A stretch of 63,566 bases of DNA, counting the filler, from Atractiella rhizophila (taxonomy: Eukaryota), in NCBI GenBank assembly GCA_021432655.1. It is 3 parts of 3 records of this genome, joined end to end, with 100 filler letters (N's around TTAATTAATTAA, not from the genome) between each part and the next. Parts side by side here need not be neighbours in the genome. Positions count along the whole stretch, not along the records: positions 1 to 30,651 come from MU271706.1; 2 more parts are not named here. The stretch is one strand, 5' to 3'. A program made the translations under genes and the position numbers. Below the pieces are notes generated by a model that ran no database searches, was not told where the DNA came from, and was given only the letters and a program-made list of their open reading frames with translations. Of this stretch, positions 1-13,372 are shown piece by piece. Position 1 is the first letter of the stretch; each line of letters opens with the position of its first letter.

Positions 1-3000
1 ACTCTTGAAGATATTGTTGACCTCGTCGGACTGCCCCAAATTTAATAGCAACCTACGTTTAGAACATCAAAACTTGCCCATGTTGGAATATTTTTCGCGG
101 AGTATATGCCCGTCAGAACGCTGCGACACACCACAGTGTTTCCAACCCATTCAATCAAGCCGCATTCTTCATTCAACGTCACCACAGAATAAGTCCTAAT
201 GTCTGCATAGACTCTCATCAGGGACACACGGTTCAACATCGACAGATGGAACCTACACAACCGCCTCTTTCTACTCTCAGCATCCTTTTTCAACAGCTTG
301 TTGATCATCGAATTGAACTCCATCAGGCGTGCGTCTTTCCTCAGGTCATCCTTCGGTTTGCACAAGAATGCATAGCTGTTTCCGTCGCTGCCTACAACTG
401 TGATACGCCGTGGCTTCTGGAGTGAGGACATAACGTCAACTTGATCGTCGAACCCTATATGCCACAAATGAGGACGAGAGTGCACGCAGTATGCTTCACC
501 TACTCTGAAAGGTGACAAGTTGCAGAGGGAAAGGTTTGTGCTCGGAAGCACCCGCACCAGCAGGAAGTGTCACCGTGAGAAGGTTCTGGAGCGGAATCAT
601 GAGCGAGGATGGAGCGCATTTATTTAGTTTGGAGAAGTGTTTCGCCATACTAAGCTTGGAACCGATCCTAGACACATCGTAGTCGCACAGATGGAGAAGC
701 CCGTCCACCATGCTGCGTCCTTCCAAGATGATGTTGCTAGCGAGAGAGACACCATATATCGGCCTCGATCGCGGATCGTCTTTGGTAGCGGCGCAGGAAG
801 CCTGTATGCTATTCATTCAGGCGGACTTCGAGAGTAGAAAAGTCTCAATCTTACACTCGTCTTCTGAAACAAATTGTCACACCGCTGTGCACGCTTGACA
901 GTTGTTGATTTGAGAGCCGAGGCGAGTCCCCAAAATGCCTGGTGGGGAAAGAGAAGAAATACTTTAACGAGCAACTTTTCCAAGATCTGATACAACTCCA
1001 CATTCTTGTGCAAGAGGCGGGAGACCAGTTGTGGAAAGACTGTCAACCACTGGGGCTCACGTTCATTAGGAAAGAGGAGAAAAGTCAAGAGAAAAGCTCG
1101 CCTGGTAGGTTGCAACTAGATCGACGTTATCCGCCATTACTTTATTTATTTTGAGAAAATAAATCCCCGCCGGACCATTTTGGGCATAGTCTTTCGCAGT
1201 TCTGACTCGGAGTCAGGTATCTCAATTAAGGACGGAAAGTGCTTGCTTTGTTTTATCCCTAGAAAGCTTGACCAGAGCAGGATCGTCTGCGTACGACATC
1301 CACATCGTCACTATTTTCGGCAAGGTCTGGTAAATAAACTTCGTCCCTTGTCGCAAAGCACTGGAAAATGCTTTGATGACCTGCCACGACGCGTCGCTGA
1401 CCAACGAATTGAGACGGGAGGTACCAGATCTCAACCACGCACTACTTGTTGAGCATTGTGCCCCTATTTCTAACGTCGTCGTAAAATTTTCCGAGGTAAA
1501 ACCATGTACTCTCCCACCTGAGCCATCTGTCAGAGAAAGCAGTTAGGAAGCAGGGAACGACGGGCTCTTGATCGACTTGTCTGGCTTGCTTCATAAACAA
1601 CACTATCTTGTTATCACCATAGCGCTCCGCCTCATCCATCCACCTAGCCCTCCGGAGCAGGCACTGCAGCAAAACTCAGAAGTTTGGTAGTAGTAGTGGG
1701 GGTGCAACACACCCGTGCGAGCAGCGATTTGTTGCTGAACGCTGGTTTGGAAGCGTTGCTGTCATCTAAAGCCACGTTCATAATTTGAATCGCTTGTGAT
1801 AGTTCGTTGTTCTGTCTCATGAACTTCGCCTTTTCAAAAAACACGAAGGGAGCCTTGCCTCTCTCTGCCTGTAATATGGCGGTGTAGGCGGTTTGGGTAT
1901 GACCTGCTTTTCTTGCTATTTTCGCACTTGAAATCCATAGATTGCTGATTTGTTTCGCTGACCAATCGGAAGTCGCAGAAAGATCGGATGTCCTACACAA
2001 ATCATTGGAATATGGGTAACAATTGTATATGAGCTTACTTGAGGTTGAAAGCAGTTCTTCGAAGACGCAGGATAGACTCTCGTGTCCGGAATGAAGTAGC
2101 CGCAGAGTCGAGTCGCTTAGCTAACAGCGGATGAACTCCAAAGGATCCCTCTCGTCCGATGGACGCACTCTCATTTCGACGTAGGTCAATTATGAGTTCA
2201 AGCTCATGAAGGAGGTGTAACTGCGTCACGGCATCGTAGACACGACGATAAGCGTTCGTCCCAGCTGCGAGAATGGGAGCAGCAAGAAGAGCCCGCGCTT
2301 CTTGCATGATAGACGCCATCTCGCTTCCCATCGCACGCAAAGCTTTGATTGTGTAGGCGAAAACCACCTCTGGAATATTGCAATCAAGATCATCTGGGAG
2401 ATCGTCCAGCTGCTTCCAGTCACCACTGAACAGATGTGTCTCGATCGTGTACGGGACTAGGGCTCTAGAGAACTCGGGGTGGTCTTGTAAAACGGCTCGG
2501 ATGTGCGTTTGAAGAGTGTCTACAACGAAATGAAGTAAGCGATGGCTGTTAGAGTACAAGATCTGCACTGACCATAGTGCCCAAGATTCCTAAGACATCG
2601 AAGGAGGCCTAACTGGCAGTTGAGATCATTTGGCGTCGATTGCAGTTGTACCTCCCAGCAGCTCTGAGCAGATGTCCACCTTCCCGTTGCTTCGTGTTGT
2701 CGAATTTGATGCTGCAGAGAGGGCGAGAGTATCAACGTCGATATCCCTTCCATGCCATCAGGTTCATCCAATTCGGCATAAATCTCGTGTAAATTTTCTA
2801 GGTGTTGCTGCACCTCTGGTTCGCTAAATGCAGCCTTTGGCAATTCTGATATTTTCATTTCGAAGCTCATGAGAGACCTTGCGTACGCCTTGCATTGGAA
2901 GGCAGCACGAGCCATCATGTCCAAGGGTACTTGTTCTATGATGCTGAGGATGATTGGAATCGTTTCAGAAGTTTCAAAAGCTTTGGACTTTCTGCTCTTC

Positions 3001-6000
3001 TTCCCCTGCCGTTGCTGTTCTTCTCGTTGGCGTCGAACATACAAACTCAAGTGATCCATTAGATCGAAGACGAGCTATGATGGCATTAGCATCTAACTGA
3101 GATGAAACTGAGGAAACAAACTTCTGCGCTTTGTAATTTGGTATGCAAATGACTGTGATCGCCTTGGACAAGCTGGTCCGCCAAAACTGCCTTTATTTCA
3201 CTGGAAATGTCGTCTCTATCTTCATTTGTGCCAGAAATCAGAACATGTTGGACAAGATGGGGCAAGAGCCTATGTGCTATAGCCACGTCTTGATTCTTGA
3301 CAACTTGAAGAAATGGCTCGAAGACCACTTTCGCGTTCTTGACTGTAACTCTGGACAAGAGAGAAATCGTCCACGTTTGCAACCATTCTTGGTAACTCAT
3401 TCGAGCTTTGTAGATAGGGCAAATGTGTTTGGGATAGTGAACGGCGGATCCGCATACTGGGAGGAGAGCAAGGAGGATACGGTCTCTTGCGCGTCCTTCG
3501 AAAGGGCGAAGAACCTGTCAGCAGCCTTCCGGTTCTGAGCAGTGCGACCGTTCTGCACTGCATCCACAAGGGAGGTTGTGAATTCGCACAACTTCGACAG
3601 CTGCTGGATGGCGTAGGCAACAAAGTTCTGATGCTTCGGATCGTTGAGAAGTCTGTACGAAGGGACCAGTGCCGACGACATGAGATGACACGCGAAGTCT
3701 GCCCTCTCATCCGTATCCTCGAAATTCTTGTGCAGAATGATGGGAGGAGGATCTTGAGGAAAGTCAACACGATCTGCGTCCACAGCCCCGAAAATGCCGA
3801 TGCACTCCAATGCAAGTCCTCGCACCTCTTCCTGATACTGACCACTAGACCTGATTGCGATATTCAAGAGTCCGCAAAGGATCTCCCCGACAATTGGATC
3901 GAAAGTATCTCCTGCAGTCCAGGACTGGATGTGATCCCTCTCCGACATGAGAAGACTTCGAAACTCTTTCGTAGCTTGCAAGCTCACAAGCTCGCTGTGA
4001 CTGAGCATCCTCCTAAGTAGATTCCTGGCAATCTCCCTCAAACCCGCCTTGTCCCGGGTCTTCAGATCCCTAAGCTTCTTCGTGATTTCTGACATCCCTT
4101 CGATGTGAATCCCAGAGAAATCGGCCACGTCGAATTTTGATTCTTCGAGCGAGTTGCCATGCAACAGCACGAGATGCTTGAGAATATCAATGGCTCGCTT
4201 TGTTTCCGATGGTAGAAAGGTTGGCCATTCTTTGATGAGAGCAGCTGTGATTTGCCCGACATAACCTCCTGCACACACTGTTAGGTTGTTGATCAATTAT
4301 CGGAAGAACTCACGAATCTGAACAACGGGAAGAGTTCTACAAAATACCAACCAAACATCGAGCACCAACAATCTAAGTGCCCCTTGCTCCATCCAGGACT
4401 CAAAAATAGACATGAGCTATCAAAGGTTATTCAGATTCATATTATACAGAAACGTGAAAGCGAACCTGTATCGAAATAACTGCGACAGATTGTCCCAGCA
4501 TCGTGATAAGCTCTCGCAAAGCCCTCAAAAGCTTCTTTCTGTCAGAAAGCGACTTTTTCCCTCTTCCATTCGCCAACAGATCCCCAATGCTCGTTACTAG
4601 GTGCAAGGACTGCGATTTGAGTAAGTCGTGTTCTTTCTTGGTCGGCGACAATATCATCGGCGCGATCTTCCCAAGTGCTTGCTTTGCCTGCCACATTCAA
4701 ACAGTCAATATCCGTCTATACATCAGCAAACCATCTCACCTTAGTAACCACATCAGCTTTTTCGTCCCCTAATTCCTGAACGAATGAAAGCACGAGTTCG
4801 AGATGACTGCCTCGGATGAAATTTTCGATTTTGACTGTCGGATCATCCAAAATGGCAAGCAACGTCTTCTTTCCCAATGCCAATTCATTCTTGTCGCCCA
4901 TGTACATCCGACAGATAATGTGGGCGCCATTCTCGACGCAGATCACTTGCGGAGCTCTCTTTACGCTCTTAGCAATACCAAGAACTTCGACCTTCATCCC
5001 CTTGGCAATCAGGTGCGGAAGAGTATACTTCATCGTCTGCTTGTGAAAGACCTCTTCTGGGCATTTGAGCACAGACAGGATCTTGGCGAGCACAACATTG
5101 TTCTGTTGGATGAGAGGGACCGCGAAGAGAGAGATTTCCTCGAAGAAGGGATGGAGAGCTTTAAAGGTGGTTTGACCGCGAGCCTGAGCGAGGACCAGCA
5201 ACTATATATCCATTCAGCCATCCGTCAGCCTATAGGAGAGGAAAAGAAGCAAAGCGCACCTTCTTCACAGCCAAATGGGACACAAACGCGTTCCCACCGC
5301 CCAAAAGTCGCACCATTGCAACTATTCCCAATCTCTCCAATACGCCTCGCGAGTCCGTCGTCACATTAGCGATGGTCAATAGAGCTAGTTCTCTAGTCAA
5401 TAAAGGACCAGAATGTGCCATTCCCTCCAATTTATCGACGAATGGCTTGAGCTCATTCTCAATCTCGTACTCTGCAATATCTTCTCCACCTTCTAGAACG
5501 AGTGAGCGCTTCTTCAAAAGCTCCGATATCACTGCCCTGTATCCCGTTCTCTGTTAGCATCGTTAATTTTGAAGGAAGACAGTAGAAGAGGATTACGAAG
5601 CCGCGAGGCCTATCTCCCTATCCTCTCCTTCCAATCCTGCCAGAGCGTTCCCCAACAATGGTGCGGGATGCATAGTCGCCGTCTTTTCATGTCTGATCAA
5701 CCTCGCACAAAGGTCGAAACAGAGCAACCTTTCCTCCCTTCCATTCTCCCTCCCCACACCTATACCAGCCGCGACCAAGTCCCCAATCATTTCCGTACAC
5801 CCTACCCACAACTCCTTCGCCTTCTCACTGCGCAAATCGCAGACCGAACAACGGGGCACGAAACCCTTCCCTCCCGCCTCGTCCTCCGCAGAAAGCGGCA
5901 GGAGACAGCTGTCGCCAGCGCACACGAGCGCTCTCACCGCCTTCCAATCCCTCACCGTCCCAACATCGCCTCCCAACCCCGACGCTGCCAACCTAGCCAA

Positions 6001-8111
6001 CAGCTGAGCGACCCTCCTCCGTCCACTTCCTCCCACTCCACTCTCCTCCAAGCCCGAAAGCTCCCACAACCGCGCAACCTGCTCCTTCGAATTCCAAGCC
6101 GATCCCGATGACTGCGGCGCCCTCCCTCCTTTGTTAGGTTTGGAAGAAGAACTCGCGGTCGCACTCCCAGGTTCGCCGTCCGTGTCGAGGTCCATTATCT
6201 CCCGCTTCCTCTTCTTCGACCTCGAGCCCACAATCTTTTCGGCACGACCCATCGATTCCTCTCTCGCTCTGTTCCATGTCTGCGTGAAGACATCCCATCC
6301 ATCGTTCTCGGTCGATGTGGTGGTGGACGACGGCAGCGGTAAACCGGAGGCAGGGCCGCGCAGGAGGTCGTCGTACGCTTGGAGAGATGTAGCGGGTAGG
6401 AGATGTGCTACGGGTTGACCGTTCGTTGACGGGAAGGAGAGGAGGAGGAGGGAGGTCCACCTTCGCGCAACTGAGAGGGAGTTTGCTTCCTCCTTCTTCT
6501 CCTGCTGCTTCTCCTCTCTCGTCTCGGAATCGAGCATGTCCTCGTCCTCCCCTTCGCCGTCGGATATTGATGGGGATGGGGTGACCAAGATGTCGACGAG
6601 GGTCGGACCCCAACTCTTGACATAAGCGAGCACCATCTCCCAACACCACCGCTCGCTCTTCTCCCCACTCCGATTCCGACTCCCAAGCATCTCTCCAATC
6701 AACATAGCGACTTCCCACCCTCCTCTCCCCTCCCTGACCTCATCCAAACACTTCGCAAACACCGGTTCCCACCACCTCCCTCCCCTTCCTCCAGCCCACA
6801 AACACCTGACGAACCGCACCTCTGCGCTCCTAGCACAAGTCAACAATTCCGGCAAGGCGGCATGGAGCACGGAATCCTTGTCGGCCCACCTTCCGGGCAG
6901 CTCGTGCGAGAGACGGTGGAGGAGGGAGAGGGCGGACAGAAGGGTGAGCTTGGCGTGCTCTTTGGAATGGAGCGAGAGGGAGAACGGGGCTAGGTCGATC
7001 GTGGGTCGTTGGAGCGAGATTACGTCGTCCCCGTGAGAGGTCGTGCGTTGGAAGGCGGCTGTGGTTGGTGTGGAGCTGTAGGAAGAGAAAAGGGTTAGCG
7101 TCGTTGGATACCTTCGAGGAGCGGTGGTGGTGAGCTCTGTTTTCTTCTATGTCAGTGTCTGTTTGTAGTGTTAGAGGAGAATGGTGACGAATGATAATAC
7201 TGCATGAACGGTGGAGAAATGTAAGAGTACAATGAAAAGGAGAAGGTAACTGAAGCGCAATAGAAGAACAAGGGACACTCGAGAGACGAACCGTGAATCA
7301 GGCTACAGATCTCCTCTACAATCTTGACAGCCAATCCATCTTCAGGTCGACTAGGGATGGAAGTAGAAGGCATGAACGTGTATTCAGCCTCCAAAGCCTT
7401 GAATACGCTGACAAACATGTCCTCCAGCGCACACTTCAAGGCCTTCTTCTGCTCCTCTCCATCTCCTGCCACCACCCCTTTCCGCTGCTCCGCTCCAGAC
7501 GTATTTATAGTTGTAGAGGTAGCTGTTGTTTGCGCAGAAAGCGAACCGAGAACGAGAGGAAGGTTGATAAGGATCTTTGGGACGATCCATATGGCGAAAC
7601 ACTCCTCTTCTCCCTCTTCTCCTTCCTCTCCCATTCCCGCATCCTGGTTTGCATCCTGTACGACGTTCTGAGAGGCAGGCATAGCAGCCTCGCGAAGGAT
7701 GGACGACGAATCCTCCTCTCCGCCCCTCCGCGGTTTGAGAAGCAAGACGTCCGGCCTCCTCGTCGCCTTATACCATCCCTCGACGATCTTCAGCGCCTCC
7801 ACCTTCCTCGCCACCTCCTCCCTCGTCCTCTCATCCAAGACCAAACTTTCCCTCCTCGCATGCGCATCCGAGAACGAAAACGGGGGCCGCGACGAAGTGG
7901 AAGGGGAGGGATGGAGGAGTGCGCCGAGGTCGGAGAGGGAGAAGGTGACGACGGCCTTGAGCGCGGTGACGAGGCGGGCGAGGGGCAGGCGGTAGGATGG
8001 CGCGTTGAGGACGGAGGAGGGGATGGGACGCTCCGGGAGGGTGATCGGCACGGAGAGCGTGCGGAGGGAGTCGAGCGCTGATTCGAACAGGATCTGGGTG
8101 GAAGACTGCAT
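1..8111 (-). CDS. MEC1: ATR/Mec1 (PIKK) checkpoint kinase, multi-exon, 3' end truncated by window edge
   Basis: Kinase motifs SSLQKPRRITVVGSDG..FLCKPKDDLRKDARLMEFNSMINKLL and IRTYSVVTLNEECGLIEWV. FAT-region motifs CKAYARSLM, IYAELDEPDGMEG, HEATGRWTSAQSCWE. A chain of minus-strand exons is separated by short GT-AG introns. ATG at 8111; the low-complexity 5' exons are less certain. Confidence 0.93.
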
Positions 8112-8285
8112 GTCGCTTTATTCCATGATTCGTTGTAATTCTCTCTGGATGGCCGTGTTTCTTCTATTTCTGTAATTCTGATGTTTCTGTTTCTGTAATT
8201 CTGATGTGTCGATGTTGGTTGTGGACGCGTGTCGGCGTCGCGGCAATACTCAACATCACCAAAAAAAGTTTACACGAATCCAAAC
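8112..8285. promoter_or_regulatory. Short divergent promoter between MEC1 and RML2
   Basis: Only ~175 nt separate the head-to-head ATGs. Contains an ACGCGT (MCB-like) site near 8225 and a duplicated TTTCTGTAATTCTGATG near 8167-8207. Confidence 0.55.
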
Positions 8286-9706
8286 ATGCGACTGCCACTC
8301 TCCCTCCCGCGCATTCCCCCACCAACGACATGTCGACACGCATCCACCCTCCGCCAGCCCAACAACTCCTCCACCAGCGGCGTGCCCATCAACCGCAAGG
8401 GGCTCAGTCCGCTCGTGCGCATCACACGCATCGGAGGCGTGACCATGAAGACCTGGAAGCCCATCACGCCGTCGATCCGGCACCAGAAGCGGGTGTACAA
8501 CCCCCACCTGTGGCAGGGCGAGCCGCTGCGTGCGCTCACGATACCGAAGAAGAGCACGGGCGGGAGGAACAATACGGGAAAGAATGTGACGAGGGGGAGG
8601 GGTGGCGGTCATAAGAGACGGATCAGGTTGGTGGACTTTTTTAGGAGGGAGGGAGGCGTGCAAGAGGTCTTGAGGATCGAATATGATCCTGGGAGGACCG
8701 CTCATATTGCTTTGTTGAAACATACGGAGACAAACCAGCTCTCGTACATCCTCGCTCCCGTGGGTTTGAGGGAGGGCGACAAGGTGCAGAGCTTTAGGGA
8801 TGGACTGCCAGAGGAGTTTTTGGCGGAGGAAGAGAGGGAGAGGATGAGGTTGGAGAGGGGAGAGCAGGACACGAACCTCTCACTCGAAGCGGAGGCTGAG
8901 GAGGCAGAACTCGGTTGGATGACAACTCCAGAAACGAATGAGGAGGCTCAAGCGCTCAGGGACGCGAAAGAGCGGTTAGGGATCGACATAGACGTTCCAT
9001 CCATCGATTCCGACATCATCACGCCCCCCACCACCACAACCACCGCAACGTCCACCTCCTCAACGACCCCGATTCCCAGTCAAAAAGAAAAAGAAAAGAA
9101 GCGGAAATCGACCCGCGTCCCGCTCCTCGACCTCGGTGCGCTGCGTACGCACGCCCTGCACCCAGGGAACGTTCTCCCCCTGAAATACATTCCGCTGGGC
9201 ACGCGCATCCACGCCATCTGTCTGCACGCTCGCGGCAAGGCGTCCCTGGCGCGCTCGGCCGGAGCGTACGCTGAGACGGTCTCTGGAGGCGAGGGAGAGT
9301 ATGTGCATGTCCGGTTGAGCAGCGGTGAGGTCAGGAAGGTCAAGGGCGATTGTTGTGCTACGATTGGAGAGGTTAGTAATCCGGATCATCGGTATGAGGT
9401 TTTGGGAAAGGCGGGAAGGGCGAGGTGGATGGGGAGGAGACCTAAGGTTAGAGGTGTGGCTATGAACAGGGTCGATCATCCTCTTGGTGGTACGCATTCC
9501 TTTTGTTCTCCTTCATCCTCAGAAAGATGATGTTAATTATTTTTGTTTGGATAGGTGGAAGAGGAAAGTCGAAATCGAACAAACACCCTCAGTCTGCCAA
9601 CGGCATCCTCAAGTTCACGCGGACGAGGAAGCCAGGAGGGAAGAGGGGCAACCAGCTCGTGGTCCAGGCGAGACCGAGGGGGAAAGAGAGGAGAGGACGC
9701 AAGTAG
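8286..9706 (+). CDS. RML2: Mitochondrial large ribosomal subunit protein uL2m
   Basis: uL2 motifs [73 protein letters not shown]. Arg/Ser-rich presequence. One intron at 9490-9554. Confidence 0.95.
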
Positions 9707-10540
9707 AACTTGGTGTAGGATTGCGGTCACTAATTATTATCCCTTTTTCGGTTCGCCCATGCTGGAAAGTGAACATAATTGCACGATTCTGCGTTTATGC
9801 ACTGAAACGGAGTGTGGCACTTGTTACCTCAACGTTGAGAAGCTCGAGATGCCAATTGGTCATGAAAGACAGTTTATACCCATGCTAGCTTAATTAACTA
9901 TATATTATTACCTTTGCCTTCCATGCACCAATTCGATTTCTATTCTTCAACGGCTCATATTTTGTTTCGGTGATGAGTTGGAAGGATAACCCTCGGTCTG
10001 ATATGATTCTCATGATGCATAGCGTCAGCGGCCAGCTTACTTGCTGTTCTACCTGCTGTTCTACCTCTATCGTTTCTTGCTCCGTCAGATGATGATTCCT
10101 ATCTCATCTGCCCTATCAACTTCAAGTAGCCGACCTAGCCTTCTGATCCTGTAAGAAAGTATTGCTCACCCAACATTGTCTGATTGATTGTTTGGATGAG
10201 CTGAACTTCTACTGATAACTATGAAGAATCAGCACACGTCTGCATGTATCGAATGCAGTGGACGAATTTTGTACCACAATAGCAAGGTGAGAGGTATTTC
10301 GAATGATATACACTTAATACTCGCTCCTCGCGCATATGTACATGATTTGGCTAAGGGGCACTCTATGACTATAAAGTGCAGTCCATCCAGATCCACTCTT
10401 ATACTGATTGAATAACCTCCTGCATTGCTTTCAGAGCCGATTTAGTCATGAGCGGGACCTTTCTCCCTTCATTACTGGCAGTTTTACGTATCGGAGGCGA
10501 GCAATTCGTTCACCAAATTCTCCAGGTCGAGCGCTCCAGC

Positions 10541-12084
10541 CTAAACCAACACCATATCAGCGATTTTCGCCGCAAGAACTGCAGGGGAAAAAACCTGTGA
10601 TTTGCCTTCTGCCTCTCGCTCTCGCTCTCGACCACATCGGTGCATTTTTAACGAGGACAATTTGATGCGCTTTCGTCGGATGTCTGACATATTATGTGGC
10701 TCGAAGACATTGAATCCAGGATGTGCATCGTCCGTCACTTGTACTTCCACCGCGACATCGTTCAAGTTGAAAAATTCCGTCAAGCGTTCCACAACCGCTT
10801 TGCCCTCTGCGAGGTCTGACTGTGTGCGAAAGTTTTTGTTTGAGACCAAGGAAACGAGGCGCAAAGACGGGAAGTGCTTCTCTTTGACCAAATTTCCGAG
10901 ATAATCTTCCCCTACGACCGTAACCGAGTTAAGGTAGTCTTCCCCAACAACAGCAGTAGGATCGGATAGCCATTCCTCCTGAGATCCGACTCGATGACTT
11001 ACTGAATGCAATCGATTGAGACCTTGAAATGCGGTGAGTCGAACAGATTCAAGGCTGGGCGGGAGTATGTTGAAGATGGACAGTTCGATTGCTTCGGAAT
11101 CAAACGCAAAAAATTTCAGGCGTTGAGCCGCTTTGAAACAGTTCTTCAAGCCTTCCTCGAAGACCGCAAAGTCTGGCTCAAGGGGAACACGTCTGACTAT
11201 CCCTCCTGCCTTCAGATGGCATTTCATGTGTAAAGGGAGATAGGAATCGAAATGTAAGTGAGTGAGATTCTGGAAGAGTGGCGCTAGGTCTTTGAGGTAT
11301 TTCGCTAGAAAGTATTTGTCTTCTTGAACCAGTGACAGTCGAGTCAAGTTCGTAAACTGGAGAGGCAAGGAAGAAAGAGCGGCATGCGGAAGAATTCCTT
11401 TGATGGCTAGGCTGCGTATCCGCGAAGTGAATGATCCAATCGGGACCAGAGGCACAGAATCGTCTCCGCCGTGGTAAAATGGGGAGCGATTAGAAGTGTC
11501 GTGCAAGGAAAACTCCTTCAACCGTTCGCAACGAGATAATATCTCATTGGCTTGTGAGGTAAAGCGTCCGAAATTCATGAGAGTGAGAAATTGTAAGTCT
11601 AAACCGCTAGACAGTACAACTGAAAGCACGGCGGTTAAGGCTGCGACCGAGTCACCAGAGTACGATGGCTGTAGTGGGTGAGGGAATTCGAGTTGAAGAT
11701 GTACAACATTGGGGAAAGCAAGAAATAATTCTGGTAGATTGCCAGCAATGTCGTCGCTAGCGGGCCACACCAAATCCTAAGGCTGCGAACGTATAGTCGA
11801 ACGCACGACTCTTCAAAACATTTGAGCAGGAGCAATCGTCCAGGACCATCTCTCTTCACTCTCAAACACCGAAAAATAACGTGTTGAGCTGGTCTAACCC
11901 ATGCGCGACATACTAGGGATAGTGGCTCCACTTCATCGAAGGAACGGTCACTGCGAGCAAAAATGATGGATACGATCCATTCGATGATTTCGTTTGGCAG
12001 TTTGTAAACGGGTGAAGACAGTCGCGAGCGTGAGGATGGCTGAGTATCACCGTCACGACATACTATAACAAGCAGTCGAATCAT
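10541..12084 (-). CDS. F-box domain protein with LRR-like C-terminus; apparent frameshift near 11770
   Basis: F-box motif KLPNEIIEWIV...LSLVCRAWVRPAQHVIF, followed in another frame by Leu-rich repeats (FPNVVHLQL, LQFLTL, FTNLTRLSL, LPPSLESVRL). Start codon uncertain. Confidence 0.7.
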
Positions 12085-12559
12085 GTAGGACCCACAGATG
12101 ATACCAAATCTTTCCCTCCTGATTCCCTGGCCATCGGAGATTGTCCTAAAGACATGTTGCAATAGTAATGGGAAGGGTCTGAACAAATGTTATTTCCTCG
12201 AAGGACAGCTTAAGTCAATACGAAGTCCTTTTAGGATCACCTCAGGAGAACCCGTAGAAAGTTTAGTCACCAGGTCGCTCAGTAAGGCAGTTAAGCGTGT
12301 CTCAGAGATAAGCCGTCAATTGTGTGTCACCATGTCACCCCTCACCTCACATCCTCCTAGTGGAGTACTAGCTCGACATCTGCATCAGCACTGATAAACA
12401 GGAGGAGTAACGGGGATAAGTTAACACCAGGACTCGCGCGCGAGGAGTTTGAGGATCTGAGGGCTTTGTGAATGTTCTTTGATATTGTGAATGCACTCTT
12501 AGTAGGTCTGCATTCTCGCCATCATGAGTACGGCGCGATTATCTATCAATATCGCACCA

Positions 12560-13372
12560 CTATCTAAAAAATACCAGACTAAAGAAGAGAACGAGTGGTG
12601 TTATTCGGCTAGGATGCAAGTTGATTCCTTTGTTCTCGTCCCCAAAAGCGCTGTAAGAGTGGGTAGGCGAAACAGTTCTCTTCGTTGTCATAACACCAAT
12701 TACCGTGCTTGATCGACTCGCCGTCAATGGGAGAATTGTCCGAGTCTGAGGTGTCGAAGGAGAGAAAGGAGGGATAGATGAACGAGAAGGCGACGTTCCT
12801 TCCTTCGCCTTTGTCGAGATAGGAACCTCTTTGCTTCCTCTAGTATTGCATTCAGCCAGTCTATGCATACAAGCAGGGATGAAACCGACTTCGAAGTAGC
12901 TTGTGTGATCTTGACCGACTGACCCGACGAAAGAGTGGACAAGAGTTTTGGATTGGCCGAAGGTGTGATCCGTGTTGCGTTAGGGCTCATGATGGCGAGA
13001 GGGCCACCAATGGCATAGATACTACTCTGCATGTTAGACACCTGTGAAGGACATTAGGAAGAGGTCTTACGTCTTATGGACCGTTGAATCAATCAACATG
13101 ACCAGATATCCCTTTCCTGGCACCATTCCAGTATCGTCGAAGGTAGATGGCACTTTCCACTTCATTTTGTGAGCCTTGACGTCCCGCGCCATGAGTATCG
13201 TCTCGTTCCAAGGAGTCGCCAGCATCACGTCCACAAGTAAAGGATCACCACGCTGTGGCTCAGTCCATGTGACACGATGGCCTCTGAGTGGGAGAGTCCA
13301 TTGGGTCGAGGCGTTTGGAATAGTGAGCTGAATGGATAAAACTGCCGGCAGGAGGAAGAGGAGAGATAACAT
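12560..13372 (-). CDS. Secreted Ser/Thr-rich, probably GPI-anchored cell-wall protein (Kre9/Knh1-like N-domain)
   Basis: Signal peptide MLSLLFLLPAVLS, a Trp-containing beta domain (IPNASTQW..VTWT..MKWKVP..GYLVML), an S/T/P-rich stalk and hydrophobic C-terminus ITPLVLFFSLVFFR. Two introns. Confidence 0.7.

Noticed and set aside
5569..8081. Long plus-strand ORFs antisense to MEC1 5' exons, and similar shadow ORFs elsewhere
   Set aside because: Expected by-product of GC-rich, strand-skewed coding sequence; no domains.
10089..10146. ATGATGA...CTGA (C/D-box-like) enclosing TCTGCCCTATCAACTT, a 16-mer I recall from 18S rRNA
   Set aside because: On the strand carrying the boxes the match is sense to rRNA, so it cannot guide. 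The opposite strand lacks a C box. A 16-nt match in 63 kb can be chance.
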